Shown here piece by piece: positions 1-12,772 of a DNA stretch of 64,000 nt. A model generated the notes under the pieces. The model saw nothing but the letters and a program-made list of their open reading frames with translations, made no database searches and was not told where the DNA came from. The position numbers and the translations under genes were made by a program. Origin of the DNA: Neophaeotheca triangularis (Eukaryota); assembly GCA_054600435.1 (NCBI GenBank), contig BAAIJX010000051.1:62001-126000 (forward strand), in the 5' to 3' direction. Numbering within the stretch: position 1 is the stretch's first letter; each line of letters starts with the position of its first letter.

Positions 1-8
1 AGGCTTAC

Positions 9-848
9 CTGCACTTCTATGCGCCGCGGCTTGCCAGTCAAATCACACATTGTCCCCTGATCCAGGTTCTGCACCAAGTACCGCGTGTCCCCTCTAACCA
101 CCAATTCGCCATTTGCAGCATTCGTCCGCATCTTCTTCGCGTGCTCGCTGACCTCCAACGCGCTCTCACCCTCCCACTTGTCAAACTCCTCCGGCATCGC
201 ACTCGCACCGTCTGTCTTGGGCTCCCCACCCTCCTTCGTCGGGGTGTACGTGCCTAGAGTATAACCCTCAACCGTCGGATCTTCTACGGGAGGCCATATG
301 GGCACTCCTCGCGAGGGAGGCAGCTGATGGAACTGCTTAACGCCCTGGTTGTAGCAGAACTTATAGCTCCACCAACCGCCGATGAAGTACATGCAATTAT
401 CTTGCATACTGTGTAGCAGTTCCCAGCCGCGGTTGTTGGCTCGAGCGAGCTCTTTGCGCTCTTCGGCTTGTGTGACGGAGTCATTTTGACGAGCCTCTTG
501 CGCGGCTTTGGTGACTTGGGGGATACTACAAAGATAGCGGTTGCCTTGGAGTATAAGCTGCTCGTGATTGTATTTGGTGTCGTCTTTTGAGGAGTCGTGG
601 TCTGGTGAGTGGCTGTCGTCGGGTCGGGGTTTGTAGTGCTCGATGTGAGAGGGTGTGTGGTGATTGTCCAGGGAGACCTTGTTGCTGGCCAGCCGGGATT
701 GCGCTTGAGCTTCTGTCAGGTAATCGTCTGAGAAAGCGACGGCATATTGAGGGAATGCTAGCAGGTCATCGTTGACACTGAAACTGTGTTGAGAGGCGAG
801 TACCAGGCTTAGGCGGAGCACAGCTGGGAGGGCCCAGAAGTGTCTCAT
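9..848 (-). CDS. YOS9: Protein OS-9 homolog (ER lectin, ERAD); first exon only, gene continues off the left end of the window
   Basis: Manual minus-strand translation from ATG at 848: MRHFWALPAVLRLSLVLASQHSFSVNDDLLAFPQY (signal peptide), then RYLCSIPQV, CMYFIGGWWSYKFCYNQGVKQFHQ and QGTMCDLTGKPRRIEVQ (MRH/PRKCSH-type motifs). A GTAAGC donor follows at position 8. The exon is 840 nt, in frame, and absent from the ORF track. Confidence 0.92.
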
Positions 849-1110
849 TGCTATGTGACACGGATTACCAGCAGGATGAGAGGGTGAAGTGTTGACCAGG
901 TAGGCAGGTAGGCAGAGGTATGGTGTACAGGCAACATCAAGTACAGGCAGTAGTAGTAGTCTAATGTAATAAGACGAACGGATTAGGAAGGCAAGTGCAA
1001 AGGCCAGCTAGCTGTGTGGAGGGGTGGGGAGGGAGGGAGGGTGCTTCGGATTGTGGAGACCAAGACCAACCAACCTACACTATGTAAGCCGGGTCTATAG
1101 GTATAGAACT

Positions 1111-1286
1111 ATCAATACCAATACCAATACCAATAACACCAATACCATCAATACCATCAATAGTACCATCAATTACCATCAATACCATCAATACCATCAA
1201 TACCATCAATACCATCAATACCATCAATACCATCAGTACCATCAATACCAATCAATACCAATCAATACCAATCAATACCATCAATA
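1111..1286. repeat. Composite minisatellite (ACCAAT)n / (ACCATCAAT)n / (ACCAATCAAT)n
   Basis: Directly visible tandem units of 6, 9 and 10 nt in the intergenic region between divergent YOS9 and the C2H2 gene. Confidence 0.95.
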
Positions 1287-2208
1287 TCTAGAGTGGCACA
1301 TGAACTCTTTACAAGGTACAACCCTCCATTTCTTTTGGCATACAAGACCTACCACGGATCACCACATACTAACTTAGCTAGGTAGTACATGTGGTACTAA
1401 GTATACCTACATACGTAAGGTATGTATATGAGGCCGCCCACCAGCTCACTTGACTACTGATGACTGCGCCCACCTGGGCATTAACTACTAGTACCTTACC
1501 TAGGTACCTTACCTACCTTAGTGAATGTACGCCCACGTTAACGGCGGGGCGTAACAATCCTTGCCAACACCATGCGCCATCCATCCATCCATCCATCTGA
1601 TTCCTGGGCGTTCGTGGGCGGCCTCAAGTCGTCGCTTTCAGCCAATGGGAATTTTGGAACTCTACCTCTTCGTCTATGCATCAAGGCAACCCGTTGCCTT
1701 TGCCACCGGTCGATATGTCGTCGTCTGTTTTAATTCGCTCGCTGCGTGTGGAAATGGTCGTGTCCGGCACGACATGTTGTTGTCGTTGCTGAGTACTTAC
1801 CTTACTTACTATGCGCTGGCCTCCCATGCTAGGCCGCCCTATTTTCTACTATGCGTTGTTCTGCTTTAATCGAGCGTCTCGAAAGGTTAGGTAGTTGATT
1901 TCGCCTTGCTCTTTCGTTCTTCGTTGCCTTGGTTATCGTCTTGCTCAGACTTCCTACATCACTTCGCACAAAGTCAAGAATCTTCAGAGATCATCCTGGT
2001 CATCTCTGCTCTCAGCAATCGATCACGGCGACGCTTTGCTTGGAGACTACCCGACATCGTTGCCTGTCCTTGGTTCCGAGCTCAAGTCCTTACGGTGCGC
2101 CTATAGATCAACATTCACTCGACTCTGATCTTGCCCGACGTCTTGGGCGTTACTGTATGACGTTCGGTAGCTGACGTTTGCTGCTACCCAGTACACGAAG
2201 CCTCATCC

Positions 2209-4846
2209 ATGGACCCGACCGGCCAACAGCACCGTCGGGGGCCTCTTCATCCAAACAACGTCCGTCGTCTCATTAGAACACTTCACCGTTCGCTGCTGAC
2301 TAGTGATCCCAGCAATCACGGCTCTCTTCCCAATCCCATCACAAACCTGCCCCTTATGGCTCGCATATTCCTTCTCATTCCCCGTACAAAACCCAGAGAG
2401 CACCAGAGTATGACTCGGGTTGGGGTAACCTGTCCCAGGAAAACCATACATCGACGCAAACAGGAGGCAATCTGCACAGCTCCGAGGACCAAGAGTTGTT
2501 ATCTGGAATATCCTACCCAGACGCCGCCTCTGTGATTGAGGCTGATATAAACGACTTGACCCGCCAGACACATGAAGGCCCATGGGACGGTGGGCCTCGC
2601 CAATTCCAACATGCTTGTTTCAATCAATGGTCTACTCAAGCACTCGCCGGTGCACCAGTGTCTGACCCAGTTCCAGGCCAGGACTACGCTACCACTTGGA
2701 GTGACGGCTTCAGCTCATACCAAGAACCTATTGACCCTGGCTTTGCATCTCTGGCCACTATAGCAGGCGTCGTAGATCAACAAGCATACTCCAATGACCC
2801 TAATGCACCTAGTGTAAATCGCTTTGACGCACAGTTCCAAGCCTACAACTTTCACTCAAGCCAGGCCAACGAGGGTCTCAGGTCAGATGGCCATCTTCGA
2901 CTACCTATCCAGCCACCGATCCAAAACAGTAAGGGAAAGGGAAAAGGGAGGGTACTGCTATGCGACTGGCCAAATTGCGAACAACAGCTAAAGAACATTT
3001 CCGACGCACGGTAAGCATCCTCATCTAATGCACGGGCGTTGAACGCTGATAGAATACCAATAGCAAACACCATTTGACCCATACTAAACCCTTTACATGT
3101 GAGATCGACGGATGCTCTCACCGCAAAGAAGGCTTTGGTACAAGGAACGACCTGGAGCGACATCGAAACGGGGTGCACGGGCTCCTGCCTCGTGTTGGTC
3201 CCAAGTGTGGCTACGTCTGTTCCGAATGTTCGAGGGCCCGGGACGACAAGGCAGATAAATGGTGGCCTCGCAAGGACAATTTCAAGAACCATATCAAGCA
3301 CAAGCACCTTTCACGCAACCTCTCTGATGAACAAGCGAAGCAGACGGTTGAAGGCATCGTAAAGCAGTTGGTATCACGCAAGCCATGCTCGAGACCTCGT
3401 GCTAACTCTATGCCAGATCGGAAAGACCCATCTCCCATAGGCCACGGGATTCTCACTCGGAGATAATGACCGTCGACGGCACTGACAACTCCGGGTATAT
3501 GTCAAGACAGCCTTCACAAATCGCACACGACGAAGCCGAACGATTATACCCGCTTGACTCCGATCTCCAGAATCTAGATCCCATGCTACCAACCATCATT
3601 ACCCACGACCGTTCTAGACAAGACGGGTACAGCTTACAGTTCGATGCGCAAGGTTTGCAAGACCTCCTCCCAGATCTGACTCTGCAACCCAGAGAGGGCA
3701 TCCCCAGCATACACGGGTCAACGGGGAATATTCGACAGAAAAGAGGACTGGCCAGTTTCAGGGAAGGACCCAGCCAACCAAATCAACAAGCCGGCCTAAA
3801 CAACGAACCGCAAGCGAAAAGACAACGTCTAGGAACCTCACAACACAACCCCACCAACACCAACACCTCCCGACCCCGCAACCCCCGGAACCCAACCAAT
3901 CCCGCAACCGCAACCACAAACACTACCGCACCCCTCCCCTCCCGCAACCCGACCAGAACCCCCAACGGCCAATACCGTTGCCCCCACCCGGGTTGCAAAA
4001 AGCTCAAACCCCGCGAATGCGACCTAACGTAAGCCCCCCCCCGCCCCTCCCGAATAACAACCGTACCCCTCCCCCAAGCACCCACACTAATACCCCCCTC
4101 CCCGGACCAAACACAGCAAACACCAAAAACGCCACTCGCGCCCCTACGGCTGCACTTTCCCCACGTGTCGCAAACGCTTCGGCAGCCGTGGCGATTGGAA
4201 ACGGCACGAGAGCTCGCAGCACCAGCATCGGTTCGGGGAGACTTGGGTCTGTCTTTTGCCGTCGGGGGGAAGCGGCGGCGGCGGCGGTGCCGCCGCTGCC
4301 ACCGCTTGCTGGAAACTCATCGCCACCCCGGGTCGGGAAGGGGAAGAGCAGATGCGGGCGCACGTGGCGCGGGATCATGGTTTCGTGGGGTGTGGAGCGG
4401 GAGCGGATGCGGCCGGGTATGAGCGTCTCGGCGCGGGCGCGCACGGGGCTTTTTGGTGCGGGTTCTGTCGGGTTGTTGTGCGGCAGGAGTCGGAGGTGGA
4501 TTTTGGGACGATGGGTGAGGGGCTTGGGGGCGCCGGGTTGGTCGGGGCTTGGGAGGCTAGGGCTAAGCATGTGGGGGATCATTTTGATCGGGGGGGTGCG
4601 GGGGTTGGGGAGTGGTTTTGTTTAGAGGCTCGAGGTGTCAAGGGGGAGAGTGGGGGCGAGGGGTCCGTGGGTGGGAGTTTGAAGGGTGAGGGTGGGGCTT
4701 TTGAGGGGGAGGAGTCGGATTTGGGGGAGGATGGGATCCCGGGGGTTGGGGGGAGGGTGGTTGCTGGTGGGGGTGGTGTGGGTGATGAGGCTATGTCTGG
4801 GTTTTCGGATCTGGATGAGTTTGGGACTGGTGGGCAGTGGGCTTGA
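2209..4846 (+). CDS. Multi-C2H2 zinc-finger transcription factor; exons 2209-2259, 2313-3010, 3064-3366, 3417-4028, 4117-4846
   Basis: Introns 2260-2312, 3011-3063, 3367-3416 and 4029-4116 (GT..CTRAY..AG) join the ORF fragments in frame. Splicing restores fingers CDWPNC..ARKHHLTH, CEIDGC..LERHRNGVH, CSEC..FKNHIKHKH, CPHPGC..LTKHQKRH and CTFPTC..WKRHESSQH. A possible 5' UTR intron lies at 1886-2191. Confidence 0.85.
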
Positions 4847-5880
4847 TGGATTGGGAGGGATTGGCCATAAGTTGTGGAACTGGGGCCCAGTGTCTGCTAA
4901 CCTTTTTCAAATCGCTAGACGAGATATGAGGAACGCGTCCGATATCTTATGCGCCCTGATTACATTCTCAGCGAAGAGGCCAAGGCCCATTCCTCCCTTT
5001 TCGCCCGGGTCGAAATTGCCACAGCGTTTTGTGCATCGAGAATGGGAAAGTAGCTCCATCACAGCGTAAATCCTATTCCTCCAGCAACGCCAGCAGTCAC
5101 TCCATCGTCCTAAAGCTGAGCCTTAACTTAAACTCCCGGCCAAACGGCAAGAATCAATCCACCGTCCCATCCGCCTCATTCTGAGCAGCATGAACGAGCG
5201 GTATACGATTCTGCAGTCGGCAAGGTATACGGCTTATAGCCGGCATCATATCGAAGGCCGGAAGCATACCACCGTCGCCGTAGATACTGTCTGTAAGTCG
5301 GATGGATGCCATATCGATCCCAAAAGGGGCAAGTAGCGCAGGAGTAAGCGAATGATTTGCATGCAGTGCAGGTGGCGTGGTTCGCATGTTGAGTCTCCGC
5401 GGCCGGGGAGCACAATAAAACACTTTGCTGGCCCAATACCGCAAGTTACTATGGTGCTTCAGGCTGAGATGGGAGGTGATGGAAGTGAAGTCAAGTCAAG
5501 TCAAGATGTGTTTGTAAGCATGCCCTGCCTCCCGATCTCTACGAGCCGTTCCTTCAATGGATGCTTGGCACCGTTCTCTCGACGTCAGATCGCTATACCT
5601 CCGAAACCATAAATTGATATGTAATCAACGACATGTAAGTTAAGGTAGACACCACCTTGGATAGTTACTGACTTCTCTCTGCTTCCCTCGTTGATGCGAC
5701 CGCAAGGTTTGCACGATTTTCTACCATCATTATAACGTATTGATGCGGAACGGCGAAAATTGATAAGACAACAGACCCGAGACGACAGCCGTGACAGCAG
5801 CTACAATCGCCTCGCCTCGCCTCGCCTCGTCCGAGTAGAATTATTGGTCATCGTATACTTACCTCCTAGAATCCAAACAA

Positions 5881-7620
5881 ATGTCGAACGAAATAGATGG
5901 ATCGACTGGTACACCCGTATCCAAGCAGAAAGGACCTGATGAACAAACCCCATTGATTCCAGGTGGACCCTCCACGGTTGATGGATCGAACGAAAGCGTC
6001 CCAAATGACCTTCTCACCAAGGACGATGGCCATACGGCGGCGAACCAAACCCTCACACTCGCCCGTGGAATTCTAACAGTCATCTCGCTCGGCTTCTTAA
6101 TCTTCCTTCAGGCGACAAACATTTCACTCTTGACAACAACCCAATCAGCCATTGCGCAAGAGCTCGACGCCTTCGAACGAACCTCATGGCTGACCTCGTC
6201 CTACCTAATCGCCATGAGCGCGCTCTCGCCTCTCTACGGAAAAGTAAGCACCGTATTCTCGCCCCGGGCTTGCATCTTCTTCTCCTCCACCATCGTCGCC
6301 GTGGGCGTGCTCCTGTCCAGCGTAGCCGCCAGTTTCGAGACCTTCATCGCCGGCCGCGCAATCACGGGAGCAGGCAGCGCAGGCATCTTCACCGTCTCCA
6401 TCATCATCGTACTCGAGCTCACAGGCTCCAAACGAAGAGGTCTAGGCATCGGCATGCTCAACTCTGGCTACACCGTCGGGGTGGCGGTGGGAGCAACAGC
6501 CGCCGGCGCCCTGCTACCGCATGTAGGCTGGCGCGCCCTCTTCTGGATGCAAGCCCCCGTCTCTGTCTTCGCAGGCGCCATCCTCTTCTTCAGCATCCCC
6601 CACGACTTCACAGCAGGCAAAAAGGACACATCCGGTTTCAGCACGCTCAAACGCCTTATCCGTCTAGACTACACAGGCGCCATGACCCTAACCGCCAGCA
6701 TCGTGCTCGTCCTCTTCGCCCTCTCGAACCCGCGCTCCATCCCACTCCTCCCCATCCTCCTCTCCGTACTAATCCTAGCCCTCTTCCTCCTCAACGAAAT
6801 CCGCTACGCCCACGACCCCATCATCCCCATCACCTTACTCAAATCCCGCGGCCTCCTCCTCACCTGCCTGGGAACAGTAGGCTTCATGATGGCGCGCTGG
6901 GCCGTACTCTTCTACACCCCCACCTACGCCATCGCCGTGCGCCAATGGTCACCCGCAACCGCGGGCAGCATTCTGATCCCGACAAACGCGGGCTTCGCTC
7001 TCGGCGGCCTGCTAGTCGGCTGGCTGCACATCAAGCGCCAGGGCTCCTTCTGGCTACCCTCGCTCATAGTCTACGCGCTGTTCCCGGCCACGCTCGCAGC
7101 GCTCGCCCTGCTCTCGACCCGCGAGTCCAGCCCCTGGCTCTACGTCCTCGTCGTCTTCCTCAACGGCTTCGTCACGGGCGCCGCTGTCAATTACACTCTG
7201 GCGCACTTGCTGCACCTGACGCCCAAGAGCACGCACTACGTCGCGACGTCGCTGATTGCGACTTTTCGCGGTTTCGCGGGCTCTTTTGGCTCGGCTATCG
7301 GAGGGGGCTTGTTCACTCGCACGCTGTTTACGTCGTTGACCGAGAGGTTTGCGCGGGCGGGGTTGGAGCACGAGGAGTCGCTTGTTAGAAGGCTTTTGGG
7401 ATCGCCGGTTTTAGTGGGGTCGTTGAGAGGGGTCGAGAAGCAGGTGGCGGTCGAGGGGTATCAGGATGCCGTGAGGATGCTGTTTCTGGCCGGCGCCGGG
7501 TTGGCGGTGGTGATGGTGTTTGTGCAGGCTGGGACGGGGTGGAGGGGAGCGAGGGAGGAGGAGGTTTTGGAGGGCGAGAGGGCGCGGTTGGTTGCTGATG
7601 GGAGAGTGGAGGAGGCGTAG
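5881..7620 (+). CDS. MFS drug/H+ antiporter-like transporter (DHA2/Vba-like)
   Basis: 579-aa intronless ORF with many hydrophobic helices and MFS motifs (WLTSSYLIA..PLYGK, FIAGRAITGAG, GWRALFW, LDYTGA). Confidence 0.88.
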   Translation: MSNEIDGSTGTPVSKQKGPDEQTPLIPGGPSTVDGSNESVPNDLLTKDDGHTAANQTLTLARGILTVISLGFLIFLQATNISLLTTTQSAIAQELDAFERTSWLTSSYLIAMSALSPLYGKVSTVFSPRACIFFSSTIVAVGVLLSSVAASFETFIAGRAITGAGSAGIFTVSIIIVLELTGSKRRGLGIGMLNSGYTVGVAVGATAAGALLPHVGWRALFWMQAPVSVFAGAILFFSIPHDFTAGKKDTSGFSTLKRLIRLDYTGAMTLTASIVLVLFALSNPRSIPLLPILLSVLILALFLLNEIRYAHDPIIPITLLKSRGLLLTCLGTVGFMMARWAVLFYTPTYAIAVRQWSPATAGSILIPTNAGFALGGLLVGWLHIKRQGSFWLPSLIVYALFPATLAALALLSTRESSPWLYVLVVFLNGFVTGAAVNYTLAHLLHLTPKSTHYVATSLIATFRGFAGSFGSAIGGGLFTRTLFTSLTERFARAGLEHEESLVRRLLGSPVLVGSLRGVEKQVAVEGYQDAVRMLFLAGAGLAVVMVFVQAGTGWRGAREEEVLEGERARLVADGRVEEA

Positions 7621-7831
7621 AGCGTGGTGGTGGGTGAGGGATGTACAGTACTGTACCAGTGCCACTTTTATAAAACTAATGCTACAATTGCTTTTTGAGC
7701 GTACGGCGATGCTTTGAGTTATTTTGACACTCTTTCTTCGATACAAAGGCTGCGAAAGCTGCAGGATTCCCATTACCGAACGCCACGCTAGAACGCACTC
7801 GAATGGAGTAAGCCCGCATAGATGGTCCTAC

Positions 7832-8916
7832 TTAGACCTCAATCTCCATTTTACTCTTCTTGCTCGTCCCCGGCTGGTCGCTTTCGACCTCATCTTCAGA
7901 AGCGCCGGCCATGACTTGGTCTCCATCCTCGTCAACAACATCGCGGCTTCGCTTAAGACCCTTCATCTTCCTCGTCTGCAAGTTGTCCAAGCTCTGCTTG
8001 CCCACGTGGATACGTCCGACCTTGTCACCGATGACGTCGGTCTCGATGTTCTTCTTCGTCTTCGGCTGTAGGAAGGAAAGAGTATCGTCAGCAAATGCAG
8101 GATGAATGCTAGGAATACAGGTATACGTACCTCCTGGCTCTTGGGCTTGCGCATAGCCTCCTTCAACATTTCCGGATCGGCCTGCTTCATCCTCCCAAGC
8201 CGGAAATCGACTCTCGGGCCCATCTCCTCAGTCTCCACTCTCGGGACAGTCCCCCCAGTTTTCTTGGTCTTGATCAAATACGACCGCATCCTCACCACAG
8301 GCTTAGCCTGCCCCTCCACCTCCTCCTCCACACTGAAACAGATCATATACTGCAACCCCTCGACATCCACATTCGCGACATCAGGCCCCTTGAAAAGCTC
8401 CAACAACAACTGCTTAGCAAGCGTATACTCATTCTCAACAGGGCTTTCAAAAGCGGTGCCGGAAAAGCTCAGCAGCGGTTTCAAGCCGACAGCAGGTTTG
8501 GCATTCTTGAATTGCGCGAGCGTGCGCGTCGTCTCGGCGTTGACCATCATCTCCAACATGTCCAGGACCTTGTAGTCGAAGAAGCGGATCAGGGTGATGC
8601 AGTGGGGGCGTTTTTTGCTGTGGCTGCCAAACACCATGAGCGAGGTGTCGTTTTTGTCGGCGAAGAACTCGAGGCTCGAGGCATCTTCAAAAGGGTGAAT
8701 GTCGTTTTTCTTCTGGAAGCGCGTGGCTAGGGGGCGCTTGAGGGAGTGCAGATCTTTGAGGACGAGTTGGCAGAGGTCGGAGCATTTGGTGCCTTTGAGG
8801 AAGAGGGTTTGGCGGGGGTTTTCGGTCTGTTGTGGCGCTTTGTTGTCGAGGTAGCGTTTTGTGCGGTTGTTTTTGGGCTTGACCTCGCGGAGTTTTAAAG
8901 GGGCGGGGAGGGACAT
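7832..8916 (-). CDS. RPF2: Ribosome biogenesis Brix-domain protein Rpf2; exons 8916-8131, 8065-7832
   Basis: Motifs KKNDIHPFED, SLMVFGSHSKKRPH and EEMGPRVDF. Intron 8066-8130 (GTACGT..GCTGAC..CAG) restores PKTKKNIETDVIGDKVGRIHVGKQ..LQTRKMKGLKR. Stop TAA at 7832-7834. Confidence 0.93.
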
Positions 8917-11029
8917 GGTAGCGGTGGTTGAGGAGGTGGTGTTGGACAGTGAAGGTCTTCTTTTGCGACTCGGACTTTTCTTGAATTGATGAAGATTCCT
9001 TATCGATTGGCTTCATCTTATCTCGGAATCTGATCCGAGCTATGCCGGCCATGGCACTTCAAAAGTTACATACACGTACGCTTTCTTCACGATGACACCT
9101 CGACCAACGCAAACCAGCAGAACTTAGATGTGATTCTCAATGGCGAGGCACACAGTGACTATCCCGGAACAAGCAGTTGTACGGTCCCAATGGCGAAGGT
9201 GAAGCTTGGAAGCTGTTCCAGTCGCAATATCCAAGTAGTCCACGAACCGGGATCTACGGGATTGGTCACGTACCCTGGGAAAGCGCTTTACCTACTCTCG
9301 ATCAAAAATCACTCAAGATTAGTAGTTTGGAGTAAGACACCGCGATAAGAGCGCCCGGCAAAATCTAGCGGAGGCCGATGCCTGCGACTTGGAAATGCAC
9401 ACTCAAGTCCTTTCCCATCTGCCATGCTTCAGTACCTTAGCTACCTTTCGGACACCCTAAAGAATCGTCGTCATGTCTCCAGCTATTCTTACTTATCCGG
9501 CGACCGCCACATTGAGTAGAGGGTAGCTTTGCCTGCACAATGTTCTTCGGGTCTGCTCTGGCCTTCTCACGCCAGGGCTCGAAGTTGCTGTCGATGACTG
9601 CATTCCTGCCCGGAGCTACAGCCTCGAGAGGCTTCATGGCGACGCCGCCCTCTCTCGGACGTACAAGCCATATCTTGGCCGATATAGTCAAAGGACCCCC
9701 GGGTAAGAGCTCTATATTCACATTGGTTGGTCACACTCAGAGCATCCATCTGGACCTTCGCTCTTCGAGATGGTGAAAGCTGCGTACACGTATCCGTGTC
9801 ACAAGCGGCCTGAGCAAATATTGCAGCTAAAGCAGCTTAGTCGTTGGATCTGATGAAGTGTCCGATCGAGCCCTGCTATAGTGCTTTGCTGGTGTGATGT
9901 TGCTATGGCGAGACAAAGGCTGCCGAGAGCATCCGGTAGTACTGCCACGTTTTGGCTGCGATGATATTCGAGCATGAGCAGTAGGTTGGCACAGTCTGGC
10001 AATATCAGCTCATGCAGCTGGTAGGCAATAGGAATTGCTGGAAAATCACCGGACTGTTGTCGCCAAGAGCGTTTCAGCTGCTTTTTTACGCAGCACATAT
10101 GTAGCGAGCAACGTTCCCGGTAAGAGTTACAGTCGATGAAAACCACACCTTGAGGCCTACCAGCGCATTCTTCGCCATGGAGAGGGCGATACCTTAGGTA
10201 TGTTGTCGCTAAAGGGGACAGGATTTGCGCTGCCGAGATCTATCTGGAGTTGATGGAAAGCCCCTGAAAACAATTTCTCCGGCGCAATTTTTGCAGGTAT
10301 GGAGGTTATACCTTCCTACTTCGAGCTGGAGGTGGATTCAACATCAGCAGCAGCTTAAGATCGTCACTTCCTCGTAAGAAGCTCTCCGCTTTGCCGGGAG
10401 AAGAGTTCCATTCTCAGGTTTCTACACCGCTTGTTCATCTCTTGACGAGTACCCCCAGCCTTCGGTCCTTCGTGTTTCGGTTCCTTTCCTCGTTCCACCA
10501 CCACCAAAACCCCCCCTCCCGTCCTCTCCCCGGCGGCTCGACCCCATCTTCTCCACCGCCCTCGTCGGCATTCTCATCATCCACCGCCTGCAAACTGGTC
10601 CCCTCGCCGCCATCGCCAGCAAGCTGCGGGGCCACAAGAGCCCCGGGAGGGTGAGTCTGGCCTGATTTCGCGCCCAGAATGATCCAAATCGAACTCTCTA
10701 GTACACTCTCGTCTTACCGGTGCTACCGGCTTACGTGAGCAACGCCTGCCTTACTGTCGCCGGTCTTGGCATCTCCACTGCCGCCTACAGGCTTAGACGC
10801 GCCTTTACCACTTTCCTTTCCTAACAAGCCAGGCTCCTTCCTCACTTCTTCTTCTTTCTCTTCACATGTTATTCCGTATACTATACCAACAGACCTTGCG
10901 GTGGTCATACCAGAGCTTCTTGGCGAGCTGAAAACCTTAGAGGTGAGCTTCACTATGCTACTATACCGGCACGTGGAACATACTGACGCGCTCAAGGATA
11001 TTTACATACAGCAGCATACCACCAACATC

Positions 11030-12772
11030 ATGGCTGCGTCACTGAGGCTTCTAGCATTCGATATCCTGGCCCTACGCGATAGCACAGACAACAGCGACAT
11101 AGCTCATCTCATTAGCATCATCCGGCACAGCCAGGCTCCTGAGGTCCTACCTCCACGCAACCGGATTGAAGTGAGAAACGATTGTGTATCCGAGGCTGGC
11201 AGTGAAGTTCAAGATGGGCGGCAGCTCTGGGTCGCTGGGATCGGATCTGCCACTAAACCTCAGCTCTCTGCGCTTTTCGACCCTTTCGGTACCGTCGAGA
11301 AGATCAACATAAACCCCCGCGGCTTTGCGTTTATCACCATGGACAGCAATGCTGCCGCAGATGCCGCAGTCAAGAAGCTGGGGGTTAGAGGAAGAGGCGA
11401 CAGCAGCATAACTGTGAAGAAGGCTCGCAAGCAGGCCAGGTCCAGAAAGAAGCCAAGAGAGAACGCTCCAGTCGAGCCAAAAGTCACCATCAGCTCAGCG
11501 AGACCGATATGGGTCGACGAGTCAGCCGCGGCCACTCCTACGACGGACACGAGCAACGAGCAACCGAGCAAGTCCAACGAAAAGGCCAAGGCCATCATTG
11601 ACTGGATGCAACGGCAGCCCAACGGCGAATCGAGCTCTCTCCTGGCCAAGAATGTGATTCCTGCAAGTATAGCTGGGCTCTCCCATTCTCCCCAGCCCTC
11701 CAACACCTCATTGTTCCAGGAAATGTTCGGGCTGTCAAGGACCGCTGATGGGCTCGCTACTCCCGCTATCAATGTCACGAAAGATCAACTCGATCTTTTT
11801 GAGAGCATTCATGCCCCGGCTGTCACTGCAGATCAACTCCAGCCAGGAGATAGGGGTAAATCTTCATGATTGCGCTTTCATCACTTTGAATAAACCTAAC
11901 GAAGATCTAGAAACACTGGAGGTGATGAAACCCGCCGAGCGAGTGGAATATCTCAAACTCCTCGCAGCCAGTATTGAGCAAGAGAAGCTCATCGAAGCCG
12001 AGCGTAAGCGCGATGCTTCTTTTCACCAGGGTATGCTTGGTTTCAGGTCTGTTCTGATCTTCGCTTGCACTCACCAATGGCTATTAGATGTCATACCTCG
12101 CCCAGGATTTACAGCAGAGCAGCTTGCCGAAGCGCGTGCAGCGGCCTTTGATACCGCAAGCTATAAGGTTGCAGGTGATTGGAAGAGGAAAGGTCCAAGG
12201 GCGGTGAGCAAGAGCGAAAACGAAAGTCAGCCTCGAATACTCGCTACAAGGACCTGGTTGAGACCCAAAGGCAAGTACCTTTTACTACTTCCGAGCTCTT
12301 AACAAGCACTTGGGGCGCTTATGGAAGAATGTACGCGAGAACTGTTCTGACCATGAGTCCTTTAGCCGTCAATGAAACTCAATGGGGCTACACGTGCAGC
12401 ACAAACAAACCCATCCCAACGGAAACCTCAATCGCCGACTACATCCAAGACTGGGCCGCGGGGCAAAGCAAGCTCAGCACCCACGCACCATCCACACCTG
12501 CTACCGCTGGCCAATTCACGCCCACCAACGCCAGCCGCGCGCCCTCCCAAGCCTCTACTTCCAACGGTGCACCTAGCGAAGCTGGCAACAGGTCCGCAAG
12601 CACTAGCAAACACGCTAGTAACACCCGAGAGAGTTCTTGGAGGAGGGAGTGGGAGCGCGACCAGGTTCAGCAAATGTGAGTTCCCCCTGATTTCTCAGTG
12701 AGGACATGTGAGAGATGTCCGTGGCGGCGGCTGACGCGAGCTATATTCAGGCTGAGCGCTAGGCCGAAGTGA
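11030..12772 (+). CDS. RRM-domain protein (multi-exon; start and last exon tentative); introns about 11856-11910, 12031-12087, 12271-12365 (GC-AG), 12676-12750
   Basis: RNP2-like LWVAGI and RNP1-like RGFAFITM in a typical RRM spacing. The predicted introns join ORFs 10766, 11748 and 12179 in frame. An upstream intron at 10943-10996 may be UTR or coding. Confidence 0.62.

Noticed and set aside
1111..1286. CRISPR-like array
   Set aside because: Units are contiguous with no unique spacers, the context is eukaryotic, and there are no cas genes.
1024..1377. ORF with poly-YHQ / TN repeats
   Set aside because: It starts at GTG and is simply the translation of the minisatellite; no coding evidence.
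6186..7388. 400-aa alternative-frame ORF inside the MFS gene
   Set aside because: R/H/P-rich shadow frame caused by high third-position C content.
7801..7830. GGGCTTACTC resembling an RNase MRP/P conserved region (minus strand)
   Set aside because: It lies in the RPF2 3' flank, with no matching upstream conserved region or supporting structure.
9060..10400. Possible gene between RPF2 and the RRM gene
   Set aside because: Only short ORFs on both strands; I could not build a coherent spliced product or recognise a domain.
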